A stretch of 46,487 nt of DNA from Octopus sinensis (GCF_006345805.1 NW_021835061.1:1-46487), one strand, 5' to 3'. Counted from the first letter of the stretch, positions 11,685 through 24,225 are shown. A program made the numbers and translations. Notes: generated by a model not told the origin, from the letters alone.

Positions 11685-11985
11685 GAAGGCAGGATTTGAA
11701 CCAAGAATGCATAGACTCGATGTAAAGTGATGCTAGAATTAATCCTGTCTGGTGTTCCTATATTTCAGTCAAACCGTCACTCGGAAAGGATGAGAGACGA
11801 ATGTGATCACGGCGGGAGTTTGAACCCAGAATGTAAAGAACCGGTAGGTACTGGAAAGTGCCCCGTCCGATGTTCTGCTAATTTCGCCAAACCATCGCTC
11901 TGAACTGGTACTTCCGGAAGAATGAAAGTCAGAGTCGACTTCGGTGAAAACATTTTGTGAATGCACTAAGTATTTCGTCAGTTCA
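11685..11985 (-). mobile_element. Degenerate tRNA-headed SINE remnants (family A-like)
   Basis: Reverse-complement box-B motifs ggatttgaacc and gagtttgaacccagaa, and gaaagtcagagtcgacttcgg resembling the family A body. Confidence 0.55.
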
Positions 11986-12799
11986 CCTTTGTCAATTCGA
12001 TGGCCTTCTATTTTCTGGTCCCTGTGATACCCAGCATGCTGTAAGCTGTAAACTCTGCAGAAGGATTGATCTGGAAACCCTCTGCATCCCGCCTCCATGG
12101 AAACCCTCTGCATCCCGCCTCCATGGAATCACACAATGCTTGCCACCCCTTGCTTCGACATAACCCCACCGCGGCTCACGGTATTTCTTCCTCTTTCTCT
12201 CATTCGCCTTCTCAACGCGGTCCTTTCAATCATAATATACTACGAATCATTTGAAATAATTCATTTTTAACAAGAACTCGAAGTAGATAAAGCTATAAAT
12301 AACAGAAAAAAATCCTTTGGGGGGAAAAAGGTGAAGAATGCTGTTGGGTCCCCAAGGGTCTTCAACCCAATATTTATACCTTATTATATATAGTTTTATT
12401 ATTTCATGTCCCTCGAAGTCTCTAAATTTTTCTGACGTAAATAAGTTTTTTGGTTTGTGGGGAGTCAACCGGAAATTTGATATGTTGCGAAAGTGGGAGT
12501 TTGTTATGATGCGAAAGTGGAAACATGACAAAAATATAAATATAAATACCAACTAAAATATACTGCTGTGATTTACTTGTGTATATTAGATGAATGATTT
12601 TGATCCGCAGAACGGTGAAATCAGTCGATACAGTCGGTGCTAATAAGCACCGGTCGTCAAAATGAAATAGTATCACTGAACGTTTATAGCAGTTTAAGGT
12701 GATCTAAACAACATATTCAATTTTAGTTGGATGTTATAATGTCTATTCGTTACAAACTCTGCTAATATCGCTAATGGCTAATTTATTCGTAGCCACAAC

Positions 12800-13215
12800 T
12801 ATTTCTTTACTACCCACAAGGGGCTAAACACAGAGGGGACAAACAAGGACAAACAAACGGATTAAGGCGATTATATCGACACCAGTGCGTAACTGGTACT
12901 TATTTAATCAACCCTGAAACGATGAAAGGCAAAGTTGACCTCGGCGGAATTTGAACTCAGAACGTAGTGCAGATGAAATACCTATTTCTTTACCACCCAC
13001 AAGGGGCTAAACACAGAGGAGACAAACAATGACAGACAAACGGATTAAGTCGATTACATCGACCCCCAGTGGGTAACTGGTACTTAATTTATCGACTCCG
13101 AAAGGATGAAAGGCAAAGTCGACCTCGGCGGAATTTGAACTCAGAACGTAACGGCAGACGAAAAACGGTTACGCATTTCGCCCGGCGTGCTAACGATTCT
13201 GCCAGCTCGCCGCCT
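12800..13215 (-). mobile_element. SINE family A, dimeric form (head plus two tandem body-linker modules)
   Basis: Two tandem copies of gttctgagttcaaattccgccgaggtc.actttgcctttcatc...agtaccagttac.cactgg...aatccgtttgtctgtc..tgtttgtc.cctctgtgtttagccccttgtggg. Confidence 0.85.
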
Positions 13216-13624
13216 TACGCAACGTCAATGGCTGTTTGGTCATTATTACTGGTTTAAGTACGGGCATGATCTGTAGATACGGTGAAATAACGTGATGCAT
13301 TAGTACCATCCACCAGTGCAGACCATCATTTCGTCAGCTGATATAGCTGGTGCTTGACTGTCACGTTAACAACACGTTAATGGGGATCTAAACAACGAAA
13401 CTACATTAAGTTGGATGCGCTACTTATTATTTGTCACAAATCCTGCTACTGTTGCTAATAGACAATATATGGGTACATAAAGTTTTGTCTTAGAAGACAA
13501 AATGATTAAAAATATCAATGAAGTAATGATTAAAGTTATCAAGTTAAAAGACATAGTCAGTAATTATGATAAATTACAAATTATAATAGAAAATGGATGC
13601 TTGTAGCAATAACATTTACATTAC

Positions 13625-13655
<31 letters not shown>

Positions 13656-13807
13656 GTAAATTATGATGAAAGTAAGCAAACAAAGTTTGCCTTAGAAGCG
13701 TTGAGATATATTGAAAGATACGGAAATAATTAATTCTCAAAATGCAGAACAACGCTAATTAGAATAGCAGGAACAGGATGAAATATCCATATTATTGCAG
13801 AAAAATT

Positions 13808-13890
13808 TGCCAGCAGCCAGCCATGAGACTCGAACTCACATCCCTGTGATTACCAGTCATAGTACTTTAACTGCAGACTAATTTGTCGGT
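13808..13890 (-). pseudogene. Degenerate tRNA-like sequence (anticodon loop CTGGTAA, Thr-like) or isolated SINE head
   Basis: Minus strand: A-box-like tagtctgcagttaaag, arm ctatga-CTGGTAA-tcacag, T arm gtgag-TTCGAGT-ctcat. The acceptor stem is poor. Confidence 0.4.
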
Positions 13891-13951
13891 GGGTAGTTTA
13901 GCTTAATAGTAAATATAATTTGTGACAAATAATAAGTAGCACATCCAACTT

Positions 13952-14019
13952 AAAATATAACTTATCTTGTCGAAGGATTTCCGTTAACGAAAATCCTTCG
14001 ACAAGATAAGTTATATTTT
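13952..14019. repeat. 68-bp near-perfect palindrome
   Basis: aaaatataacttatcttgtcgaaggattt / aaatccttcgacaagataagttatatttt are exact 29-nt inverted arms around c-cgttaacg-a. Confidence 0.95.
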
Positions 14020-14469
14020 TATTTTAAGAAATACTGTTAAATGCTTTTCGATTATTTATAGTTAATACACGTATTTTTTAATATATTTTTTCGATAATTA
14101 GTATAAGTTAAGATAAGTACATTTATTCTATTATCATTTATTATTATTTATTATCTTAGACCTGATGAATAGAATTAATTTTAGTTCGATTTAATTTTGA
14201 ATGGAATTGATTTTATTATTATCTATTTGAAAATATAACCATGAAACGTGCGTAGTTTTTATTACAATTTACTATTTATTGTACTTTATTGATTTAAAAT
14301 AAGCTTTTTATAGCATATGTTTTCTATATGGTGTCAATAATATCTTTAATGGATTTTCTCGAAATTATATATATATATGTATATATATATAAGTTGTTTG
14401 CTTGTCTTTTATAACGAGTTATAATAGTTTCACATTTTGAAACAGGTCAGAATAATAATAATAATAATG

Positions 14470-14602
<133 letters not shown>

Positions 14603-14616
14603 TAATAATAATAATA

Positions 14617-15039
14617 CACGTAAACAGAGAAATTAAGACTAATATATAGTTGTCAGAGATCATCAAGAAAAAAATGTTTTCTAATTGATCTCTCAATACA
14701 AACATATGTTAATGTTACTCTAAAAGAAACGGAGAAACTTTCAAAATACAAAGACCTGGAAATAGAGGTAAATCGAATGTGGAATCTAGAAACAGAAACA
14801 ATTCCTATCATAGTAGGCGTATTAGATATGATAAAAAAATATTCAGACAAATACATAACAAAAACACCAGGACTTACAAGTATATATAACATATAGAAAA
14901 TAGCACTACTAGGCGCTGCCTACATCCTACGTAAAACACAGTAAAAATAAGAGCATCACAACAAACCACAGCACATACCCCAAGGCATAGAGAGCTGTAC
15001 TCGGTAGTGCAGTGAAAGTACGTGATAAAAATAAGACTA

Positions 15040-15045
<6 letters not shown>
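14617..15045 (+). mobile_element. R4/Dong-clade 3' fragment of the same subfamily as 7762-8668, inserted in (AAT)n
   Basis: KETEKLSKYKDLEIEVNRMWNLETETIPIIVGVLDMIKKYSDKYITKTPGLT plus the same 3' UTR. (AAT)n lies at 14451-14616 and 15044-15088. Confidence 0.92.
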
Positions 15046-15088
<43 letters not shown>

Positions 15089-15089
<1 letters not shown>

Positions 15090-15177
15090 ATGAACTTCCA
15101 GCTTGTTGTCGCTTGAGGTCTCTGAGTGAGACTTGGAGCCAACATGTACAAATGTAAAGCAAAAGTCAAACATTAAA
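15089..15177 (+). mobile_element. About 90-bp 3'-terminal stub of another (AAT)n-tailed element
   Basis: Sits between two (AAT)n tracts and contains the hairpin aggtctc-tgagt-gagactt. Clade assignment is inferred from context. Confidence 0.5.
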
Positions 15178-15398
15178 TAATAATAATAATAATAATGATA
15201 ATAAATAAATAAATAGAAGAGTGCAATATCATGTGAAATTGATTGAACGATATTTCGGCATCTAGCGTGCCTTCCACATTTCTTCCAGCGTGCTATCGAT
15301 TCCGCCAGCTCACCGCCTTCCAAGTGTCCCAATAATAATAAGCAATATTGTTGCTTTGCGATGCCACATTTTTATGATTTTAGTCTCTAGGTCCTCAT

Positions 15399-15560
15399 AA
15401 GGCGATGAGTTGGCAGAAACGTTAGCACGCTGGGTGAAATGATTCGCAGTATTTCGTCTATTGCTACGTTCTGAGTTCAAATTCTGCCGAGGTCGACTTT
15501 GCCTTTCATTCTTTCGGGGTCGATAAATTAAGTACCAGTTGCGTACTGGGATCGATCTAA
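15399..15560 (+). mobile_element. SINE family A
   Basis: aaggcgatgagttggcagaaacgttagcacgctgggtgaaatg...gttctgagttcaaattctgccgaggtcgactttgcctttcat. Confidence 0.85.
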
Positions 15561-15792
15561 TCTCTCTTTAATACATTAGAGGTTGGTTCGTTTGGCTATG
15601 CTTTTTATTTGCTTTACCATGAAGGCTCGGGTATTAGTTCTTCTTGTTGCATGTTTCATATTTTTTGCGTTTTTCGTCACTGAAGGCAAATTTTGGTGTC
15701 TCCATGTTCCAGAAACAACTTTAATATCCGTTCATTTGCTCGTTGCAGGTGAACAGACAGTCCCATGGTTACAAGTTTCAGTCGGTTTATTA

Positions 15793-16156
15793 TCATTACC
15801 CCCGCCTTAGTGAAGGCAGAGGTATTGTTTTCAGCCATGTTTGTTTGTTTGTCTGTGGACAAGATATCTGAAGAGCCGCTGGATGGATTTGGATGAAACC
15901 TTCAGGGATGCTTGGCGTCTTGACTGGCTCAAACATATTAGATTTTGGGATCGATCTGGTACCGGACAAGGATTCTTAATTATTTTTCCGGGTTTTTTAC
16001 TTAATTTTTCAGAGCAGTCGGGTTCATTTTTAGTATTCTCGTTTACGAGAGCAGTGGAGTTTATTTCAGATATTCTCATTCTAAAATTCATTTCTGGCTA
16101 ATCATTGAGAGGATGTTGGGGTTGCCTTGGCGAAGGTTTGCGCTCTCTGAGTACTC

Positions 16157-16158
<2 letters not shown>
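15793..16158 (+). mobile_element. Non-autonomous Helentron/HINE-like element
   Basis: 5' attacccccgcc..gaaggcagaggtattgtttt, then (tttg)n/ctgt, ggatttggatgaaac, and 3' ttggcgaaggtttgcgctctctgagtactc-tt. This is the typical layout of HINE-type elements (from memory of the family, not a database match). Confidence 0.6.
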
Positions 16159-16208
<50 letters not shown>

Positions 16209-17121
16209 ATGGCAGACGAGAGCAACGTAAATTATACAAGCATAAAAGCGAACAAGTTCAAAAGAGGAAAATATTTTCATTGATTAACAAAAGAGACTCG
16301 TAAATACTAAGTAATGCTCTCACCCTTATGGAGATCCCGAAAAAAGAAAAAAGAAAAAAAGAAAAAAAAGTATTCTGTAACAAAAGACAGAGGTATTTCG
16401 ACGAGGAAATCTCATCTGATATTCAGCAACAAATTTTAGGGAAAAATGTTTTTTTCGTGGTTTTCTACAAAGAAATCACTAAAATGTATTTTCTCTCCAT
16501 TCCACTCCTAATGTTTCTTTCTCTATTTTCTTTTCGGTATATGATGGTGGCCCTTCCCCCATCCCCACAATCACACACACGCACACACACACACAACACA
16601 AACACGCTCGCAGGCATGCACACATGCACACACATTTCTCTCTCTCTCACTCTTTCTCTCTCTTTCTCTCACTCTATATATGTATATATATTTACACACA
16701 AATATCTATCTTTTTGTTTATCTATCAATCTATATATATTTATATATATACGTATGTATATATATATACTTATATTATATATATAATATACTTATATATA
16801 TAAATGTATGTACTGTACTATATATATATATAATTTATATTATATATATTGTTTGCTGTGTATATATATGTATATATATTGTGTGATGGTACCATATATG
16901 TGCATTATATATATTATATATATATATATATATAATATATATAAGTACATACATTTATATATATGTATCAAAACAATATGTATATACATGCATAGATATA
17001 TACATATATATATATTGCGTAGGACTGTGTACATTTGTGGGTAAATATAGGTGTATATATAATATATATTGACGTATGTACATGCACGCATACATATATA
17101 TGTACGATGTAGTATATGTGT

Positions 17122-17176
<55 letters not shown>

Positions 17177-17543
17177 TGTAGTTTATCTCTTCACGTCTCA
17201 ACCTTTCACTCCTTCCGTCTCTGTATCGGGAGACTTTAATCAACCATTAAAACGTTAGTCTTGTACTTGGCCGAGTGATTGTCTGCGCGTTGAAGACGGG
17301 AATGACACATGGAAGCAGATAGCTAGCTCTGCCAAAATGAAAACCAATTGATACACTCACTCACAAATACACGCATATACACTCTCTCTGTGTATATATA
17401 TATATATATAGTCATTTATATATATATATGTGAGCACCTCACACATACACCATACACATACATCAAATATATTAGATATATATATATATATATATATAAT
17501 ATAATATATACACATGTATATAATATATATATATATAATATAT

Positions 17544-17579
<36 letters not shown>

Positions 17580-17601
17580 CACATGTATATATATATGTAT
17601 G

Positions 17602-17644
<43 letters not shown>

Positions 17645-17982
17645 CATACATATATATGTAATACATACATATATCATGCATAAATATGTATATATATATA
17701 TGTATATATAATATATATGGTATATATTATATATGTATATATGTATTATATATATATATATAATATATATATAATATATATATATATTTATATACATACG
17801 TATGTGTGTGTATAGTGTATGGTGAGGCGCTCAGATGGACGCACTTCTATGTACGCTCCGCAGGGTAACTTAATATACTCGCATGGAAGTCGCCTACAAT
17901 ATTTAGTAGAATACAACTCGATGAAGACAATTAGTGATATCTCCACGATAATGAAATTTCACTATTATTGTCCACATTATTA

Positions 17983-18050
<68 letters not shown>

Positions 18051-18434
18051 GCTATTGTTGTTATTATTATTATTAGTAGTAGTATTACTGCTGTTGTTGC
18101 TGGTCTTGTGGTGTTGGTGGCGGTGTTTTGTGGCTGTTTGCATGTTTTTCATCTCTGGATAGTACTTAAATGAAGTGAAGCTTAAAAAAACAAAAAGAGA
18201 GAAAAAAACATCGCCTTGATGAGAAAGTATCTTAAGATAAGAATAATCTAATAATATTTGCTTTAGTCTCCGTTTATTTCCCATCATTCACTTCATGTTT
18301 TGTGAAGATGTTGCTGTTTTTTGGCCAAGTAAGTTTGTCGTCTGTTAATGGCTGCTTTCTGAAACAGACTTGTCCACTGCGAGCGTACATCCATTTTTAG
18401 ATACACACGTGATTTTATTTGTCTGCATGTGTGT

Positions 18435-18496
<62 letters not shown>

Positions 18497-18746
18497 TGTG
18501 AGTGTGTGTGTGTTCTATATATTTCTGTGTCTGCATGAATAATGTTTCTCACATTCTTTTTCAATTTTCGATATACGCAGGTAATATATGAGTGTGTGTG
18601 TGTATATATATTTGTATATACATTCATAAGTATAAATGTATATGTATATGTGTGTGTATGTATATTTATGTACATATATGTTCATAGTAATCTATCGATT
18701 TTACTACAAAAATGCATATGTATGTATGTATGTGCGTACATGTGTG

Positions 18747-18778
<32 letters not shown>

Positions 18779-18837
18779 GGAATATATGTATATGTCTATG
18801 TCTACATATACACATATACATACCTATGTATATATAC

Positions 18838-18920
<83 letters not shown>

Positions 18921-19034
18921 ATATACAGTCCTATTTTTCGAGACCACCATGTTAGCTTGGCGATAACTATTAATACACAGTACTGCTGCCGTAGTCTCCT
19001 TTAGAGAAATTTAGAAATAATATTTCTGTATATA

Positions 19035-19075
<41 letters not shown>

Positions 19076-19501
19076 CCACGAACGCATGCACACACACACA
19101 CATACAAACACACACACTCACACACACATATTGATGATGCCATTCCTCATATAGGCACAAATGTAATTCTTCCCCAAAGAAATTCCACTTCATTTTCGAG
19201 GCTTCGATGAAGCTATAAGGTATTACTCAGGCACTCAACTATGAGTCCACTGCATCTCACCGCAGAAACAGCTGTAAGCTAATGAAGTTCACAAGATAAT
19301 CATTTATCCTTTATCATTTCTGTCTTATTACCACCCGTTAATCGGGAACACTTCGTTCTGGAAAGTACGTATATTGAGTTCCACACCGTGATATTAGGCT
19401 CACAGTGCCTAAGCAAAATATGTATGCATGTATGTATGTATGTATGTATGTATGTATGTATGTATGTATGTATATATGTATACACACACACACACACACA
19501 C

Positions 19502-19538
<37 letters not shown>

Positions 19539-19558
19539 ATATATATATATATACATAC

Positions 19559-19616
<58 letters not shown>

Positions 19617-19643
19617 ATATAAATATGTATATATATATATATT

Positions 19644-19772
<129 letters not shown>

Positions 19773-19780
19773 TGTATATA

Positions 19781-20208
19781 GCAGGATCCCTAAGCAGATG
19801 CTATATGGGGAACTTGTGAATGGAAAGACACCCGGGCAGAAACCAAGGCTGCGATTTAGGGACTGTGTCAAGTCCTCATTAAAGGCCTGTGATATGCAGG
19901 AGACCAACCGGGAGAGCAATGCCTGTCGTTGCCACAGATGGAGGAAGCAGGTTAAGGAGGAGGTCGACACCTTTGAAAGAGTACGTATTCTGCATGAAGA
20001 CCTTAAGTGTGCTGCTCGAAAGCGCACTGCTAGTGTAGTGAATGGGGAAAGCTTGGTTTACAATGTTTGCAGTCGTGTATGCTTGTCAAGAGCAGGCCTA
20101 ATTAGTCATCAACGGAGCCGCACATGCAAAATATAAGTTAGTCCTAGAGCGCACAATGTTCCTGAAGGTCGGCAACCGTCTTTCTCGGCTACGAGTGGAC
20201 GGCCATCA
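19781..20208 (+). mobile_element. RTE-clade (BovB-like) LINE 3' fragment
   Basis: [11 protein letters not shown]...[17 protein letters not shown]...RWRKQV...[18 protein letters not shown] (stop at 20136), the C-terminal C2H2-like finger typical of BovB-type RTEs. Inserted in (TATG)n. Confidence 0.9.
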
Positions 20209-20260
20209 TGTATGTATGCATGTACGTATGTATATATGCATGTATGCACAATATTCTTTG

Positions 20261-20467
20261 TTAGTCTAGGCACAAGGCCCGGAACTTTGGGGGGAATGGG
20301 GCCAGTTGATTAGATCGACCCAGTACGCAACTGGTACTTAATTTATGGACTCCGACTGAGAGGTTGAAAGGCAAAGTCGACCTCGGAGGAATTTGAGCTC
20401 AGAACATAAAGACAAACAAAATACCGCTAAGCATTTCGCCCGGTGTGCTAACGTTTCTGCCAGCTCG
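20261..20467 (-). mobile_element. SINE family A
   Basis: Reverse complement of the family A head, body and tail. Confidence 0.85.
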
Positions 20468-20835
20468 TATATATAATATATAAGATTTGGAAGAAAATCA
20501 GGTAGTTAAATGATAGGCACCAGGTTGTGTCGAATTCACTTGTAAACAGCACCTTTAGTCGACTAGATGTCGTGGGTACTGAAATACACCCAGTGAAATA
20601 TTCAGGTTATGTATACTGAAAATTTATCCGTTACGAGTATTTAACGCCTAAGTGTTAGTCCAAAGCGTACATTGCGTTGGTCGAAGGGTATTTGGTATAC
20701 TTTAGATGTCCGACGGGTCGGGAATCTCTTTGGTGTATCATGTGCAAATAAATGAATAACAAACATTTATTCATCATTTGTTACCTGTGTGTATGTATGT
20801 ATGTATGTACGTATGTATGTATGTATGTATGTATG

Positions 20836-20884
<49 letters not shown>

Positions 20885-20910
20885 AATAAGCAACAGGATA
20901 TCAAGAAGTG

Positions 20911-20998
20911 ATGCAGTACGACCGTTTCAAGCGGCTCCATTTAATTGGACATTGCAATCATTATATCAATTTAAATGCAGAGCTATCATCAGCTGCAC
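20911..20998 (-). ncRNA. Type I hammerhead ribozyme fold (Penelope-like element type)
   Basis: Minus strand: gtgcag-CTGATGA-[long helix II with gctc/gagc and catttaaattg/caattaaatg]-GAAA-c-ggtc-GTA-ctgcat. Helix I is 6 bp and all core nucleotides are present. Confidence 0.75.
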
Positions 20999-22314
20999 AA
21001 ATATATAGAATTTTAACCAGTTGGACACGTTAATATAATAAAATACTTTTACAGAGCAAGAAGATGGAAGAAATTCATGTTGTCTCTATTGTAGCTAAGA
21101 ATAGACTACACTTCCAAGAATGGCATGAAGTCCACTGGGGTCATAGCTTGTAAAGGATTGTGGTTCATTTCTAATTTATTTGTCTTTTTATCAACTACTA
21201 AATCTAAGACTAGCGGACTGTGTCTGTTTAGACAAGAGTGAGTTGACAGCTCATGGCTAGGTATGGTCATAAATATTGTCATATGTTTCCCTTTTCTTCA
21301 AGGAGGGAAGAAGACATTAAGAGTAGTAAATTGGATATAGAGTAACTATCTATGAAAGGAGACTGTGTAGGGAAAGACTCTAAATCATAATGTTAATTAC
21401 CAGTTAAACGGGCAAGACGCTAATAAAACCTAGGATGTTAATACAGAGGAAATTTTATCTTGGGGTACTATGGATAATTGTTTACAAACAATATTGTTGT
21501 GTTGCATAAAAATAATACTTAAGATTATCAAAAATGATATCATAACAAAAATAGGTAAAAGGTGTGTATATATCAATTATCAACATTAAAAAGGAAAGAT
21601 TACATAGAATCAGTTTAATAATATTCATTCATGTACTTAATTATTTACCTATTAGGTGGTTTCTATAAAGACTGCGCAGGGCAATTACTTATGGTATAAT
21701 AGAAAGATAAACACGCTATCTATATATTAGTTACAAGCTAAAAATTAGAAAAAATAAAGATGTGTACAGACACACACACACACATTTATACATGTGCACA
21801 CATACACATGCACAAATATTGGATCTTTTCCTTTTGATGGACGGAATTTTCTAGTTAACTAAACAATTTGAAACTTCGTATGCTGGTAGAATGTGTCAAA
21901 AGAAAACATTATTGTAAACAAAATTGAAAACAAAATTGTAATTTGTAAGTTTAACGTAGTTTAATTCTTCGAATTTTAACCAATGAAATGCCAGCATTTG
22001 AGCTCAAATCATTTGCTGCGTTATCAATATTGATAAACAAACATGGCAACTCTGCTTGTAACACCAATTTACGCATAAATTCGAAATGAAAATTTACGTA
22101 ATGTTTGCGAATTTAGAAATTTGAGAGGCATTTCATCAGACTTGCATCAGAGGTGCGCAATCACTTTGTGCGTCTTCTAGACCCTTTTTTTTTTGCTTAT
22201 TTCGTGAGGAAACAAAAAGTAAATGAAAGTGTGGTTAGGGGATGCGTAATTAGCCTAGAGATCATGGGAGGATACAGAGGAAGAATACGATGAAGAATAT
22301 ATATATATACCGCG

Positions 22315-22501
22315 TGTGTATCGTTGGCGATTTTCTTTCCTTCGTCGTCTCTTCCTTAGACCTTTCCTTTTCTATGTTTCTGATGAAGAGCCCGCTAGAA
22401 ACGTTAAATCCTCCTTTCTTTCTTTTCCTGAGCGTTCAATAACACTATACTTGTTCCAAGTCCTCGCGTTGTTGTGTTTTCTCTTTGCTCATGTTGGATT
22501 A

Positions 22502-22505
<4 letters not shown>
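22315..22505 (+). mobile_element. Penelope-like pLTR fragment with a partly degenerate minimal hammerhead (22376-22409)
   Basis: gttt-CTGATGA-agagcccgcta-GAAAC-GTT-aaat, followed by a pyrimidine-rich tail ending in (TA)n. Confidence 0.55.
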
Positions 22506-22569
<64 letters not shown>

Positions 22570-22575
<6 letters not shown>

Positions 22576-23250
22576 AAATTAGTTTGATGCGCACTCTTAA
22601 CCTTTCTGTCCCATCCCTTTCTCAGCCCTCATTCCTTGATTCCCTTTTCTTCTACTTAACTGTCTCTCCCTCTCTCTCATTCTTCATGGTTTCCTCACAA
22701 CCATTCCCCTTTCTTCTCTCCTTTTCTCTTGCTCCTCCTCCTCCCTCCCGTCGTTGACCCGCGACGAGAGCTCCGCTACTGTCTTTCTAGCCTGTACCAT
22801 CTTGAGGTGTGGACGGCAATTCTCTTTGCTCCGTTCGCCGTTCACAGAATTTAGCGTTCGTAATACTTTTTTTCGTTCGGCGTTAACAGCCCTTCTTGTC
22901 TTGTTATTTTCCTTGTCCTGTCTTTTTCTGCTTATATTTTGTACTGTCGTTACTGTCCTGGTTTTGTTGCCATTTTACCCCTCTGCAAAAAGATCTCAAA
23001 TTTTATTTGATTTGCTTTCCGCAGCAAGGAAAGTTTCTTATCGAAGATACGTCTTGCCTTCACCTTCGAAACGTAGAATAGATGAAACCATGGCGACTGA
23101 AGAAGGGGTTTTTTCTTTGTGTTATTTGTCCTGTACTTTTTTTGTTGTTTAAGAAAAATGTCCAGTTCCTTGTGTTTGTGTCTATGTTTTCGTTTCTCAT
23201 TGTGTTCGACGTTTTTTTGGTGTCCTGTACTCATATATGCGTGCATATAT
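22570..23250 (+). mobile_element. Degenerate repeat, probably Penelope-like
   Basis: Contains hammerhead-like half motifs ccttcGAAACGTAgaa (about 23063-23078) and gaCTGAAGAagggg (about 23095-23108) in a T-rich tail, between (TA)n tracts. Confidence 0.35.
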
Positions 23251-23312
23251 ACATGTAGAGGTAGGTACGTACATATATGTACATATATATGCATATGTAT
23301 TTATTAATATAT

Positions 23313-23342
<30 letters not shown>

Positions 23343-23343
<1 letters not shown>

Positions 23344-23470
23344 TTCAGTTTCCATCGATCAAATCCACTAACAAAGCTATAATAGAGTAACTTTCCCATG
23401 GTACCATGTAGTGGGACTGAACCCGAATCCATGTAGTTGGGAAGCAAACTTCCTAATACACAGTCATGCC
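23343..23470 (-). mobile_element. SINE family B
   Basis: Reverse complement of the ...ggttcagtcccact...ggatttg...ggaaactgaaa consensus seen at 35645-35812. Confidence 0.75.
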
Positions 23471-23914
23471 TTCGCTTATAATTGTTAAATGATTCTTTAC
23501 ATTGTATTCTCTACTCAGATATAATACAGTTTCTTATGTATTGTGATATTTTGTGTATACATAATATGTGAGTAGCGTAGTACCCTCAACCATTCAGACA
23601 TTCATATACACGCATATACGTACATGTACGTACATATTCTTTGCTAAGATTTCACTACAGGAGACACTCGATTAAACTAGGACTGTTTTAATTGATATTC
23701 CAATACTTTAGCTGTGACTCCTTTAACTTTTAAGTTTATCTTGATTTAGCTGCCGTTTTTAGCAGTGAGGCTCTGATTGACTTTGAGAGAAAGAGTGGTT
23801 TATTGCGGAGATAAAGCAACTATAAAGCTGTTTCCTCGCATATACCGATTACAACAAAAACGTTGCAGGAAAAAGATAACACCTGCACATACTTATAAGG
23901 GGGAAAATGGTATT

Positions 23915-24225
23915 CCGTCGGTGGCGACGACGAGGATTGCAGCTGATCCTATCAACGGAACAGCTTGCTCGTGAAATTAACTTACAAGCGGCTGAGTATT
24001 CCACAGACACGTGCACTCTTAAAGTATTTCTCAGGGTGATTCATCGTGATGCAGAATGTGACAGGTTGGCCCTTTGAAATGCAGGTGCTACTCATTTCTG
24101 TCACCTGGGTAGAGTGGAGCAACGTGAAATGAAGTGTCTTGCTTAAGGATACAACATACCTCCTGGAATCGAACTCACAACCATGCGATCGTGAACCGAA
24201 CACCCTAACGACTAAGTGATGCGCC

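Noticed and set aside
18267-18328. Segment between ctttag| and a consensus CAA|gtaagt donor
   Set aside because: A single good donor is expected by chance in 46 kb, and the peptide is unrecognised.
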